From IMG/VR virus record IMGVR_UViG_3300025009_000052: a DNA stretch of 64,000 nucleotides. One strand, 5' to 3'. The notes beneath the pieces are model-generated. The model was not told where the DNA came from. It made no database searches and saw only the letters and a list, made by a program, of their open reading frames with translations. This document shows positions 1-10,472 of the stretch, one piece after another (position 1 is the stretch's first letter; every line of letters begins with the position of its first letter). Source of the stretch: a virus. The position numbers were made by a program, and so were the translations under genes.

Positions 1-574
1 CGTAAATAATTTCAGTTGAGAATCTACCAAACGAAAGTCCGTTTCTAGCGCTTAAATCTAAAAACTCAGATAGGGTCATTTTTTCGTCTTCTTTAACCCC
101 TTCCGTATTACCACAATTAATCAATAATTTAGTAAAATTATCAATTCTTTCTTGAATTTTAACCATTTGTTCTGGTTCAATAAAATCTTTAAAATCACCT
201 CTTACGTCTACCTTAATACCCACATCAAAGCGGTCTTTTTTAGGGTGACCCATCATTGATAACGCATTGCCTCTAGTTCTTAAGATAGCGGCAATTAAAA
301 GGTTCTTAACCCTAATATCTTTAATTACAGCGTCGGGAAGTAGATCCCTCTTGATCTTATATATCCCAGCATAATTATTGTAATTATTGGGTTTTTCCAT
401 AAAAGCAAGTCTAGGAACATGCTTATTATTGTTGGAAGAACCCGTAGCTTTTTTAATAAAATCCATCATAGTAGGATTAGCAGAAGAACTCTTCATAATA
501 ATATCGTTTAGGTCGTCCTGGGCGTTTTGGATTTCTGATTGAGCATAGGTAATAGTATGTTTTTTATCTGCCAT
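1..574 (-). CDS. Portal protein, N-terminal part (runs off the window edge)
   Basis: Hand translation from ATG 574: MADKKHTITY...NLLIAAILRTRGNALS...INCGNTEG...EFLDLSARNGLSFGRFSTEII, open to base 1; resembles SPO1/Twort-like portals; two genes downstream of the terminase. Confidence 0.75.
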   Translation of the reverse strand, partial: MADKKHTITYAQSEIQNAQDDLNDIIMKSSSANPTMMDFIKKATGSSNNNKHVPRLAFMEKPNNYNNYAGIYKIKRDLLPDAVIKDIRVKNLLIAAILRTRGNALSMMGHPKKDRFDVGIKVDVRGDFKDFIEPEQMVKIQERIDNFTKLLINCGNTEGVKEDEKMTLSEFLDLSARNGLSFGRFSTEIIY

Positions 575-581
575 ATTTCAC

Positions 582-1538
582 CTATTCTGCTGTTATACAG
601 TAAACCCTACAAATATCAGTAGTTGGGTTTTCAATTGTTAAACTAGTTATATTGGATTTAGTTAAAAACATACCTGGCTTAACCACTCCATTGATAGAAA
701 AGGGCTCTATAATATTTGTTACTACTGACCCATTTATTTTAATATTTAATTTACCGTCTGATTCGATATAAACAAATTGTTGGCTAGATTGGTATATTGA
801 AATAGCACTAGGAGAATTACTTACAGCAGTTTCACTTGGCAAAACACCAATTGAACTAAACTCTATATAGTCATGACTTACGTCTGTAATTTCATAAGTT
901 CCTTGACTAACTAAGCTAAACCCATCTACGATGGCTAATTTATCACCAATTTGAACACCGGCGGAAGTATATATATTAACCTGTTGATCAAAATCCGCAC
1001 CTAAAACAATTGATGACTCTTCTACTCCCGTTTCGTTTTCAATACTAAAAGAAGTAGCGCTTCTGGCTATAATTTTAAACTCACCTTGATTACTTTGGTT
1101 AAATAATGTACCGATTCTAACTCTGTCACCAACCTGTACTAATCCGGTGACTAAACTAAAAGCGGTTCCAGAGGTAGAGGTAAATGTCAATACTTTACCA
1201 TTTTTAGTAACGCTAACTTCGGTATCGGCAGCAGCTCCAGAAACCCTAGGTGTTCTAAAAAGAGGGGCGGTTCCTGAATTATGAGAGATTACATATATAC
1301 TGGAAGTACCTGATTTTAAAGCAATATCATATGTAGTGGTAGCGTCGCTATTTAAAGAAACGGATCCAGAAAACAAATTTAAAGATTCTCCAGAAGCTAA
1401 AGAAATCAATTTACTAACCGGTTGATCTATTTCTAAACCTAAATATTCCCTATGCCACTTGAAGGAATTTAAGGTAGGATCGTTTTGATTATCGTTTTCA
1501 TATCCATTCATGTGTACGATTAGATTCATTTTACTCAT
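582..1538 (-). CDS. Beta-rich probable virion structural protein
   Basis: 318 aa, S/T/G-rich; between terminase and portal; preceded by the AATCTTTA motif. Confidence 0.55.
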   Translation of the reverse strand: MSKMNLIVHMNGYENDNQNDPTLNSFKWHREYLGLEIDQPVSKLISLASGESLNLFSGSVSLNSDATTTYDIALKSGTSSIYVISHNSGTAPLFRTPRVSGAAADTEVSVTKNGKVLTFTSTSGTAFSLVTGLVQVGDRVRIGTLFNQSNQGEFKIIARSATSFSIENETGVEESSIVLGADFDQQVNIYTSAGVQIGDKLAIVDGFSLVSQGTYEITDVSHDYIEFSSIGVLPSETAVSNSPSAISIYQSSQQFVYIESDGKLNIKINGSVVTNIIEPFSINGVVKPGMFLTKSNITSLTIENPTTDICRVYCITAE

Positions 1539-1631
1539 TTTTTCTCCAAAAATTAAAGGTCACTAGTTAAAGATTGGTATTATTAACCCAAATACCAATT
1601 AAAATCACTATTTTTTCGATAAAAAACATAT

Positions 1632-4600
1632 TTATATCCACAGAATCTTCTTTTTGTTGACATTTTGAGTAGGTTTAGGACTATTTGTCGCCAAACTACT
1701 AATTTGTTGTTGCATAATTTGTTGGTTAGTGTTTTTAGCAACTTCCTGTAAGGGTTTGTGTGTTTCCACCTTAACAGGTTTAGGAGAAGTTTCAGGTTTA
1801 ACAGTGTGGCACGAAATTTTAACACCACTTTTACAAAAAAGATTCTGAAAAGGATACCTAATCGCATCCATAATATCAGCTATTCCATCAGTATCGTGAT
1901 ATGGCTTACCTTCAACTGTATCTCCACTGCCATCTAAACTCCAACGATATTCACCAAAAGAATTAATAATTATTTGGTTGACCGGTGTTTTTAAAACAAA
2001 GAAAGATCTTTTATTGTTACTATCAACTATCTTACCTTGTACCGCTGCAATACCGTCCTCAACTACTTTTTTAAATTTAGGACATTTCATTCCTTTTCTT
2101 TTAAAAGTTTTAATATAGGCAGGGTAGGCTTGGTCAACAAACCATTTGGATATCCCATAGTTCTCTTGTAATTCAGAGGCGTATTTAACAATATCATCTA
2201 ATTCTAGTTTATTTTCTATAAAAGAGTCTACCAACCAAACATCTCCATTGGGTAATAAAGCCAATACGATTAGGGCAGTATAGTCCGTATATCCCCAGTC
2301 GGCACCACCTATAAATTGAATACCCAAATCTTTTAGTTGCTTAATTAAATACTCAAAAGGATTTAAAACGCCATCTGGAATCTCTTCTCCGATAAACCTT
2401 AAAACAGCTTGCTCAGCAGTTAGGGTGTTTAGTTCATCTATAAATCTAGGATAAACCAGTCCAGAGGCCGAGGGTTTGTTACAGAGTAACTGTGCGTCGG
2501 CCATGTCGATAGGGGTGGTTTTAAAGTTGTTGTGGACGGCAACGGCGGATTTAAACAGACCCCCATGAGCATCTTGTGGTCGGTCAACCAGATAGTTTCT
2601 CATAACAGATAGCATTTTGTGTTTGGCTATTCCGGCATATGCTTCAAATTTTTCATATCTATTTTTTTGCTCGTCGTTAAGGGCTTCCCACTCTTCTGGA
2701 GATAAATTTTCCATAGGAAGGTCACGGGAAATATAGCGAGTAACTTTGGGCTCATCTATTTTAGCGGTTTCGTGAGTAATTCTCTCGCAAACATCTAAGA
2801 TATTCCATCTTAAGATTTCACCACCGGCTTTTTCAACTTCCTTAAGCGTCTTCTCCATGAGACCACCGCTATACTTACGGGTACTTAGGTACACCGTGAG
2901 AGGGAAAAACCCTTGATATGTAGACGGTATCATCTTCGCTTCTTTTAGGGCTGTTGGGTTTTGAACAACGTCAACCTCGTCAATACAGTTATGGACTAAA
3001 TATTGGTTAGCAAAAAAATTATTATTGTCTTGAACCGTAAAGTCATACGAATCCTGTATCCCTATTGATTCTATTTTTAATATCTCACCTATGTGTAGTT
3101 GATTTTTATTAATATTTTGACAAGTTACTGAGTAACAGCTATGTGCATGATTATGAGTTTCCTTAGTGGTAAATTCGTTTCCACAGTATTTACACACTCT
3201 AATTGTCTTTTCAATTACATTTTTAAATTTATATATTAAGTCTGGGTGAATATAGTCTTTACATATTTTATATAATTTGTATTTTTCAGACACTCCTCCA
3301 TGCAGTATCCAATAATCCTCTCCACCCTTGTAATTCTTTCTTGACTGGACAGAGACGTCTATGTTAAAATTCTTCTTTAGAACTTGTCTTAATAAATCAT
3401 TCTGTTCATAAGTAAAAGACTGTGTGTGGAACTCTAAAGACATAGAGTTACTACCATCGTCCATAAACCAAATTGCCAACCCAAATGGGTTTAGCCTCCA
3501 AACCTTTTCGTCTATTTTTTTACGAAAATTAGCCCATTCATTTAACGAAGGTGAATTTCCCGTATACATCCTATATAATGGGGTTGATCCGTATCCCGGC
3601 TTTGTTTGGTAAAAACTTACCTTATATTGTTTCTCAAGAATAGATTGTTTCCATTTTAAATACTGTATTTGGGCTTGACCATGTTGTTCTGCAAAATAAG
3701 CATTATTCCCCTTTCTTTTATAACAGCCTCCATCGCCTAATAGAGAACCTAGTAATAATTGTTCAATCTCACTTGTTTCTATTTTTGGTACACTATACTC
3801 CGTGGACACCTTTTCTTTTACTAACAAATCTACCTTAGAACTCTGCTTTCCTAGTTTAAGTAATTTATCACCAACCTTACAATCTTTTAGTGGTCTATAT
3901 GTACCGTCTATACCACAAACTTCATGACTGGCTCCTAATTGTAATGACCTACCATTCAATAACGTTACTTCAAATAACTCTTGCTGTTGTTTATAAGCAT
4001 GGGTTATTTTTTTAAATTCAAATAAACCTGTTTGGTGGTTTAGAGAATACGCCTCTACATTGTCTCCCCTTATTATTCTTTTATAGAGAGCCATAGCAGA
4101 TACGTTCCTACGAACTCTATTGGTAGTAGAATTAGAGTTTTTACACATTACATCTACATTTCTCCCAATACACAGAATAGGTACATGTTCACTGTTAGCC
4201 CCTTGAATCGTACAGGTTACTATGTTTAAATAAACAGTTTGGTTAGTTTCTGTAATCCATTCAATATATGTCTTACTATCAGAGCTTTTTTTCCAACCAT
4301 GGTGTTCTAAATAAGGCCTAAGTTTTCTAAAAAAAGAGCTTACATATTGAATTGCCTTTGCTGATTGTTGCTTAATAGCTGCCATATGAGCCATTGGTAT
4401 TCTAAGATGTATCATTAATAAAACTTCGAGAGCAGCAGCAGAAAGTGTGTTGTGGCTGATACACCCATTAGACCAATAGGAGTGATCGTCCTCTACTGTT
4501 AGGTCAAAGAAATGCGCCGAATCTATCGTTTCTTTTTTAAATGAGAGCCATTGATTATTACCAACACAATTGCCCTCAATTAGGGGTTGATGACAAATTA

Positions 4601-5108
4601 AGTCATTATCTTGCAGTTCATTTACTTGACACCATTGTTCTGTTCCATTTCTTAATATCCAATATTTATGAATTGGGGTTGATGTTAGTTCTATTCCGTT
4701 ATTTAAAGTTAATTTGATTCCGTCTTTAAATCCGTCATCTATCCAATTAGTAACTTTTTTCCAATTCCAACCTGTCCAAACAATATCTCCTATTTTAATA
4801 TTTTCTATATTTACTAATCCATTTGGAGTTAATAATTTACTACCCTTGACCTGACACTTATAACTATCACGGCTAGCAAGCATAGCTACAGAAGGTATCT
4901 CCGCACTCTCCCCCGTCTTCATTAACTCGTAAATTCTCCACATAGCTTCGACGGGCCCATGTGTAGATGTGGGGTAAACTACCCCCATAGGGAAGCGTAT
5001 ATCTAAAAAAAGATCCATCCAATCCCTTAACTCTTCAGCCGAATTTAAAGGATCGAATATGATCTTCTTTTTATACTCTTCTAGTTCTTTCTTTTGATTT
5101 TCGTCCAT
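1632..5108 (-). CDS. terL: Terminase large subunit with two inteins (about 627 aa after splicing)
   Basis: Spliced Walker A-like ASRDSYK|T and Walker B VPIL|CIDEVD; C-terminal RNase H-like nuclease (GGADWGYTD...DIMDAIRY). Confidence 0.92.
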   Translation of the reverse strand: MDENQKKELEEYKKKIIFDPLNSAEELRDWMDLFLDIRFPMGVVYPTSTHGPVEAMWRIYELMKTGESAEIPSVAMLASRDSYKCQVKGSKLLTPNGLVNIENIKIGDIVWTGWNWKKVTNWIDDGFKDGIKLTLNNGIELTSTPIHKYWILRNGTEQWCQVNELQDNDLICHQPLIEGNCVGNNQWLSFKKETIDSAHFFDLTVEDDHSYWSNGCISHNTLSAAALEVLLMIHLRIPMAHMAAIKQQSAKAIQYVSSFFRKLRPYLEHHGWKKSSDSKTYIEWITETNQTVYLNIVTCTIQGANSEHVPILCIGRNVDVMCKNSNSTTNRVRRNVSAMALYKRIIRGDNVEAYSLNHQTGLFEFKKITHAYKQQQELFEVTLLNGRSLQLGASHEVCGIDGTYRPLKDCKVGDKLLKLGKQSSKVDLLVKEKVSTEYSVPKIETSEIEQLLLGSLLGDGGCYKRKGNNAYFAEQHGQAQIQYLKWKQSILEKQYKVSFYQTKPGYGSTPLYRMYTGNSPSLNEWANFRKKIDEKVWRLNPFGLAIWFMDDGSNSMSLEFHTQSFTYEQNDLLRQVLKKNFNIDVSVQSRKNYKGGEDYWILHGGVSEKYKLYKICKDYIHPDLIYKFKNVIEKTIRVCKYCGNEFTTKETHNHAHSCYSVTCQNINKNQLHIGEILKIESIGIQDSYDFTVQDNNNFFANQYLVHNCIDEVDVVQNPTALKEAKMIPSTYQGFFPLTVYLSTRKYSGGLMEKTLKEVEKAGGEILRWNILDVCERITHETAKIDEPKVTRYISRDLPMENLSPEEWEALNDEQKNRYEKFEAYAGIAKHKMLSVMRNYLVDRPQDAHGGLFKSAVAVHNNFKTTPIDMADAQLLCNKPSASGLVYPRFIDELNTLTAEQAVLRFIGEEIPDGVLNPFEYLIKQLKDLGIQFIGGADWGYTDYTALIVLALLPNGDVWLVDSFIENKLELDDIVKYASELQENYGISKWFVDQAYPAYIKTFKRKGMKCPKFKKVVEDGIAAVQGKIVDSNNKRSFFVLKTPVNQIIINSFGEYRWSLDGSGDTVEGKPYHDTDGIADIMDAIRYPFQNLFCKSGVKISCHTVKPETSPKPVKVETHKPLQEVAKNTNQQIMQQQISSLATNSPKPTQNVNKKKILWI
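2988..4172 (-). mobile_element. Intein (395 aa) with LAGLIDADG homing endonuclease at the terminase Walker B
   Basis: Starts CIGRN, ends YDFTVQDNNNFFANQYLVHN followed by Cys; LAGLIDADG helices LLGSLLGDGG and LAIWFMDDGS. Confidence 0.92.
4449..4856 (-). mobile_element. Mini-intein (136 aa) in the terminase Walker A
   Basis: Starts CQVKGSKLLTPNG, block B TPIHKYW, ends FFDLTVEDDHSYWSNGCISHN followed by Thr; no endonuclease domain. Confidence 0.92.
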
Positions 5109-5115
5109 TGTACCC

Positions 5116-5355
5116 TTAATTTTGGGATAATTTTCCTAATATATACTTACCTTCATAACATATACCATCTATCTCTACATCAGCATAAATTTCCATTTGT
5201 ATTTTAACTACTCGTTTTGCATGAAATTCAAGTTTAAGGAATTTAGCCATTAGTGGTCTATCGTCTAAGAAAACCTCAGTATTGTAACCGGCAGAAATTT
5301 GACCGGGGGCTTTGTTCTTAATTGTTAATTTGTGTACTTTGTTGGTCTGACTCAT
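5116..5355 (-). CDS. Hypothetical protein
   Basis: 79 aa, RBS AGGAG, in operon. Confidence 0.6.
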   Translation of the reverse strand: MSQTNKVHKLTIKNKAPGQISAGYNTEVFLDDRPLMAKFLKLEFHAKRVVKIQMEIYADVEIDGICYEGKYILGKLSQN

Positions 5356-5391
5356 TGGTCTCTCCTATATTTACTAGGCTTAATTGCCTAA

Positions 5392-5613
5392 TTATGGTCT
5401 CAAATTATTTTGTGTACTTTTAATTTTCATCCATAATTTTTTATACCAAGGCAGTTCGAGATATTCCACCCTAGCATGAATATCAACGTATTTTCTAGTG
5501 GTTTGGGCAAATACCTTATTCATTTCAACCACAGACTTAGCCAAGTCGGGGTCGTCGAGTACTTGGGACAATTTAATTTCTAAGTTTTTAAATATAATAT
5601 TACTTTTTTCCAT
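5392..5613 (-). CDS. Hypothetical protein
   Basis: 73 aa, start overlaps the chaperonin stop (TAATG). Confidence 0.6.
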   Translation of the reverse strand: MEKSNIIFKNLEIKLSQVLDDPDLAKSVVEMNKVFAQTTRKYVDIHARVEYLELPWYKKLWMKIKSTQNNLRP

Positions 5614-7376
5614 TATGGCCTCAAATTAGCTTCGTTTACTTGTGATTCTGGATTATCTATTATTCTTTTATGTTCCATTTCGTCAATAGCATGGCTTCTT
5701 TCTAAACTAGCATCTCTTGGGTAAGCCACTATACCGCCCAATGTTCCCATAACCATAGAGATACTTACCGCATTTTTTAAAGCCTGTTCTACGGCCCTAG
5801 TAGCATCTAAAACGCCCATTTTCTTAGCATCTCCAAACTTAGCATTTTCCACATCATAAGTAATATTAGGATCTTCTATCATCCTAGTTAGTATTTCTTG
5901 GATTTCCTCATAAGTATAACCTGCATTATCTAAAAGTCTATAAAACGGTGCAAATAAAGAAGGAATGATTATTTGTTGAGATACTAAGTCATTGTCGTCA
6001 TTAAGGGACATGGCTAAATTAATTAGAACTCGACAGCCGCCAGGTACGCATCCGTCTGTAATTGCGGCTCTAACGGCACAAACTGCATCTTCAGCTCTAT
6101 CAGCTTTTTCTTTTAACTCCCCATTAGACGAGCCAAATATTTTTAGTTTAGCTATTCCATTGGTTAATTTACCCAGTCTTTCTTCTAAAATTGATTTTTC
6201 GAGTTTAGATTCGGAAGTTTCTCTTTGGACCTCGAGTTCTCCAGCCCTGCTTTCAATATTAAGAGCGTCTGGGTCACCAACAATAGTAGTTCTAAAACGA
6301 GAAATTTCAATTCTTTCCATATCTTTGCCAAAATCTTCTATTTTAGCTTCTGTTAATGGATTAGACATATCAAATATTGATGCGCCAGTAAATGCCGACA
6401 CATCCTTTAAAAATTCCAATTCTGAATTTATAATTGGCATTATTGGTGTAGCTAAAGGAACAACGTTGATTGAATTAGGATTTTGAAAGTTAAAACTTAA
6501 TTGGGTTAATACCTGATCGCTAAATTTATGTGCAATAATAACTACGTTTTTAAAATCGGAATTACCACTTACATAGGCCTCGCCAATTCTTTGCAATATA
6601 TCCATTATTTGCACCATATCATTTATCTTACCGTCAAATAAAATAAACAATGGCTTATCCATCGTACATTTTTGATGGGCTTGATCGTTAATAAATGCGG
6701 CGTGAAACTTCCCAATACTTTCCTCATATCCTTTTGAAATTGGAAATCCCTCAATTAATTCAACCTGATAACCTCCTTGGCCAGATAACTCTTGAATCGT
6801 AACGTGTGAGCTTGCTCCGTACCCTACACTATCGAAAGCTGTAATTACGGCGTCTGCCATTTCAGAATCACCATTAGCTGAGATGGTAGCTACTTTTTTC
6901 AATAAAGATTTGTTTTTATCATTAATTACAATTGAAGCCGCTTTTATTTGAGGTATTAACTTATCGTTTAATATTTTTTGGATAAGTCTGGTGGTTTTCT
7001 GTGGACTGTATTTTCGATTATTTTCACAGAAATTGAATAAGTTCTTAATTAAGGCAGCGGCTATAATAGTTGCGGTTGTCGTTCCGTCTCCCGCTTCCGA
7101 TACAGTTCTAACCGCCACATCTCTAGTTTGCTCGGTTATTAAATGTTTATAGGCATTTTCATAGCCTAAAGATCTAAAAATAGTAACACCGTCTTTGGTA
7201 TTTTTGTTAGGAATTTCAGGTAGTTCTGACTCTATAATAACATTCCTTCCACCGGGCCCAAGGGACTTTCCTACAATATCATCTATTTCATCCACAGTAG
7301 AAATTATAATTTTTTTTAAATCCGCCGAATTACTTGTAAACATTTTAGATGGGGTTTTTACTTTTCTTACAGACAT
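5613..7376 (-). CDS. groEL: Phage GroEL-like chaperonin
   Basis: SLGPGGRNVII, NTKDGVTI, AGDGTTTAT, ERLGKL, VPGG motifs. Confidence 0.95.
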   Translation of the reverse strand: MSVRKVKTPSKMFTSNSADLKKIIISTVDEIDDIVGKSLGPGGRNVIIESELPEIPNKNTKDGVTIFRSLGYENAYKHLITEQTRDVAVRTVSEAGDGTTTATIIAAALIKNLFNFCENNRKYSPQKTTRLIQKILNDKLIPQIKAASIVINDKNKSLLKKVATISANGDSEMADAVITAFDSVGYGASSHVTIQELSGQGGYQVELIEGFPISKGYEESIGKFHAAFINDQAHQKCTMDKPLFILFDGKINDMVQIMDILQRIGEAYVSGNSDFKNVVIIAHKFSDQVLTQLSFNFQNPNSINVVPLATPIMPIINSELEFLKDVSAFTGASIFDMSNPLTEAKIEDFGKDMERIEISRFRTTIVGDPDALNIESRAGELEVQRETSESKLEKSILEERLGKLTNGIAKLKIFGSSNGELKEKADRAEDAVCAVRAAITDGCVPGGCRVLINLAMSLNDDNDLVSQQIIIPSLFAPFYRLLDNAGYTYEEIQEILTRMIEDPNITYDVENAKFGDAKKMGVLDATRAVEQALKNAVSISMVMGTLGGIVAYPRDASLERSHAIDEMEHKRIIDNPESQVNEANLRP

Positions 7377-7432
7377 GATTTTACCTCTTATTAATACTTA
7401 TAATAATATATACCATAAAATACTGTAATATA

Positions 7433-8134
7433 TTAAGCTTTATGTGTTTTATCTAAGACCTTTTCCCAATCAAAAACAAGGGCTCCTTCTTTTCTTGGAC
7501 TATAATACTCGTCTAATACAGATGCGTTAACAAATAAACACAACCCCTCCCACTTAGTTCCCCGAGCTTCATGAATATGACCAAATACATGCATTTTTAT
7601 ATTATTGCGCATAACGGTATCTAACAGAAGTTCGCACCCACAAAGATCGCCTCTAACTGTTTCATCTAAGATTCCATAAGGTGGTCCGTGTGTGATCAAA
7701 ATATCCGTATCTATGGGGATTTTATCCCAATCGTCACCAATAAAAGTTTGCCCCAATGCTTTGGCCCTACCCTTATTCGCATCTTCTATTGTTCTACTTC
7801 TGTTAAAAGCCCAATCACAAAAAATTGGCGTAGATGCCGATCCGTGTATTTTGATCCCTTCGATTACAATTGAGGTATTGTTAAGATAAATTATATTGTT
7901 TTTCTTACAAAGATCTTCAAAACTTTGGGGATATTTCTCGAAACCCCAGTCGTGATTGCCAGCACAAAAAATCTTATAGGTATGGGGTAAATTTCCAAAC
8001 CACTCTGTAAATTTCACTACTTCTTCAAAAGTACCTCTACCGGAACAGTCGCCAGCAAATAAAATCATATCGCCATCTGGTACTTTTATTAAATTATGTT
8101 TATTGTGGGTATCGGAAATAGTTACAATTTTCAT
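7433..8134 (-). CDS. Calcineurin-like metallophosphoesterase
   Basis: ISDTH, AGD, AGNHD, THGPP, FGHIHE motifs. Confidence 0.93.
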   Translation of the reverse strand: MKIVTISDTHNKHNLIKVPDGDMILFAGDCSGRGTFEEVVKFTEWFGNLPHTYKIFCAGNHDWGFEKYPQSFEDLCKKNNIIYLNNTSIVIEGIKIHGSASTPIFCDWAFNRSRTIEDANKGRAKALGQTFIGDDWDKIPIDTDILITHGPPYGILDETVRGDLCGCELLLDTVMRNNIKMHVFGHIHEARGTKWEGLCLFVNASVLDEYYSPRKEGALVFDWEKVLDKTHKA

Positions 8135-9123
8135 TTTCCAAATCCTATTGATTTAGTTTCTTTTTTAAAAGCATTTTGGAATCTTTTTTTATGCTTAACT
8201 AATTGATTAGTAGATTCTAATATTCCGATATCGTCTAATTTAGATCGAACAATGACTTCCTGCAAATGAGCTATACTAAAATGATTTTCAGCAGCTAATT
8301 TGGCACTTTGCTTATCTTCCTCGGTAGCTTCGGATATTTTTTGAATAAATACTAGCAATTCCTCACACTCTTTAGTATTAGGGTGTTTTAGTTCAATAAC
8401 CTTATCGAAACGACCGGGCCTGTCTATTAAGGCTTCGACTGAGGTTTCTGGATTATTAGTAGTAGCTAAAATAAATGTCGGAACTCCTTTAAATGGAGAT
8501 CCAACCCCATCTAATAAATTTAGCAATGCCGATTCAGCACCTCGAGGTCCATAATCGCCATCTGTAGAGCCTCCGCCAATATCTTCGATAACCAAAATCA
8601 ATCTGGTAACGGTAGGTAAGAATTTGGCATGGCTTAGGAATAGCGAACTAACTGACTGGGACTTGACCGAAGATGTGTCCCAAATAACAACACAAGTACC
8701 TGGATCTATTAGAAACTTCTTACAAACTTCATTTAAACTAGCAGATTTTCCACACCCTGGCTGGGAACATAATAAGACAGCTCTTTTCTTATCTCTATTA
8801 AGTTGTTCGTAAACATATAGTCTATCGAAAAATGTATTAGCTTCTTTTAAGATAATCGCCGTATTGTCTATTGATTTAAGTAAATCATAGTCTCTTAATT
8901 GAAACGGTTGTAGTTTTAAGCCACACTGTGTATTTTCAAATGAAAAACAGCCAGGCTTAATTTCAACATTTTCTACCCTTTCTTCTTCTTCAACAAATTT
9001 ATATTGAATTATCTCCTCACCTGTTTGAATTGTCAGGTCTGATTCTGGGATACTAGTTCCTTTCCCTAAATCAGACAGTTTTGTAACTTGCAATACTTCA
9101 AATCTGTTTTTTAATTCTGACAT
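8131..9123 (-). CDS. AAA+ ATPase
   Basis: Walker A QPGCGKS, Walker B LVIEDI, ATTN...ALIDRPGRFD second region of homology. Confidence 0.92.
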   Translation of the reverse strand: MSELKNRFEVLQVTKLSDLGKGTSIPESDLTIQTGEEIIQYKFVEEEERVENVEIKPGCFSFENTQCGLKLQPFQLRDYDLLKSIDNTAIILKEANTFFDRLYVYEQLNRDKKRAVLLCSQPGCGKSASLNEVCKKFLIDPGTCVVIWDTSSVKSQSVSSLFLSHAKFLPTVTRLILVIEDIGGGSTDGDYGPRGAESALLNLLDGVGSPFKGVPTFILATTNNPETSVEALIDRPGRFDKVIELKHPNTKECEELLVFIQKISEATEEDKQSAKLAAENHFSIAHLQEVIVRSKLDDIGILESTNQLVKHKKRFQNAFKKETKSIGFGK

Positions 9124-9132
9124 TTAAATCTC

Positions 9133-9357
9133 CTATTTTGCCTCATTTTTTCTAGTATATCTATTAAAAAGGTATTGATGTGGCCGGCTCAATCTATGAT
9201 ATCTTTTATGTGTGCCAACCAACTTCACACTATTTTCGGATCTTCCTACTTCCCAACTAAAACGAAACTCAAATTTATTGATAGACATATTGCGTTTCAT
9301 TATTCGACCGTTTCTTACATATATATGGTTCGATCCTTTAACCTTTGCTTTTGACAT
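9133..9357 (-). CDS. Hypothetical basic protein
   Basis: RBS AGGAG, in operon. Confidence 0.55.
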   Translation of the reverse strand: MSKAKVKGSNHIYVRNGRIMKRNMSINKFEFRFSWEVGRSENSVKLVGTHKRYHRLSRPHQYLFNRYTRKNEAK

Positions 9358-9367
9358 TTAAATCTCC

Positions 9368-9583
9368 TTAAGCCTCGCCCCTATGGAATAAAATTATAAG
9401 ATATTCAAAAATACCAAGTTCCGCTCTATTAATTCTTCTGGATTCTTTTTGGGTTCCTAATTTTACTTCTAATTTTCCTATAGGGTGAAAGTCGCTACAA
9501 GTGTAATGATCGGTTTTTTTGAAATTAGTCCTTCGGCTCTTACCGTACATATCAATAGCGTCTTTGTATTTGAAATATTTCAT
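9368..9583 (-). CDS. Hypothetical protein
   Basis: In operon; weak VKL.GT.K similarity to the neighbouring ORF. Confidence 0.5.
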   Translation of the reverse strand: MKYFKYKDAIDMYGKSRRTNFKKTDHYTCSDFHPIGKLEVKLGTQKESRRINRAELGIFEYLIILFHRGEA

Positions 9584-9601
9584 AAAATCCTGTTTATAAT
9601 T

Positions 9602-9853
9602 TCAATACCACTTTATATAAAAATCATAACAATCTTCAAAATAATTTATTTTATCAACTTCCTTATTAATTCCAAATGTTAATTCGTTGGAGCAATCTGG
9701 TGGTCCGTCACGGTCAGTATTATATATTTCCACACCAATGATATCATTATCAAATCGATATCTTCTCCTATTTATTTCATATGACCACTTATTTTTAATA
9801 CGCTTATTGTGTATGTCAGAGGTTTTCCAAGTAAAGCAGGTGTTTTTAATCAT
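9602..9853 (-). CDS. Hypothetical protein
   Basis: ATGA overlap with the upstream gene. Confidence 0.55.
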   Translation of the reverse strand: MIKNTCFTWKTSDIHNKRIKNKWSYEINRRRYRFDNDIIGVEIYNTDRDGPPDCSNELTFGINKEVDKINYFEDCYDFYIKWY

Positions 9854-10278
9854 TCTTTTCCTTTCAACATACTATCTATTAACTTATCGGATTCACTTAA
9901 TACATCTTCTATATATTGCTCTGGATTTTGTTCGACTTTTTTCTGCTTATCCTCAATTTTGTGTTTTTCGGTATATTTTTTAACTATAATAGCTTTTTTA
10001 TGTTTCATCTCTATTTTAAGCTTTTGTTGGATTTTTCTCAATTTAATTTCATAATACTTAACTCTAAGCCTAGATAGTTCTAGCATATGAAAACATTCGC
10101 TAGCATCCATTTCTAGGTCAGTAGGAAATCCGCTTTTGTATTTTTCGTACTCTTCGCTCACAGGAACTCCGTTGGTCCAATTATGAAGCTCGTCTTGGTC
10201 GCTAATATAATCCCGACCAATAACCTTGGTCTTATAATGAGAATTTTCGCCGGTAAAGATACAATTTCTTTTGCCCAT
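9850..10278 (-). CDS. Hypothetical protein, probably leaderless
   Basis: 142 aa; extended -10 promoter 5 nt before the ATG. Confidence 0.65.
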   Translation of the reverse strand: MGKRNCIFTGENSHYKTKVIGRDYISDQDELHNWTNGVPVSEEYEKYKSGFPTDLEMDASECFHMLELSRLRVKYYEIKLRKIQQKLKIEMKHKKAIIVKKYTEKHKIEDKQKKVEQNPEQYIEDVLSESDKLIDSMLKGKE

Positions 10279-10472
10279 ACCTTATATTACCACAAAATAA
10301 CAATATTTATCAAACTTTTTTGATCTAAAACCACGATTTCCCTATTTATAGATACATAGCGATCTTTGGCTTTTACTAAGGATCTATGTGTAGATGATTT
10401 GTGCTTGGTTAATAAGGAAAGATATAGCATGGTAATTTCGCCATGTAAACACAGGAATTATTATGAAAAAAA

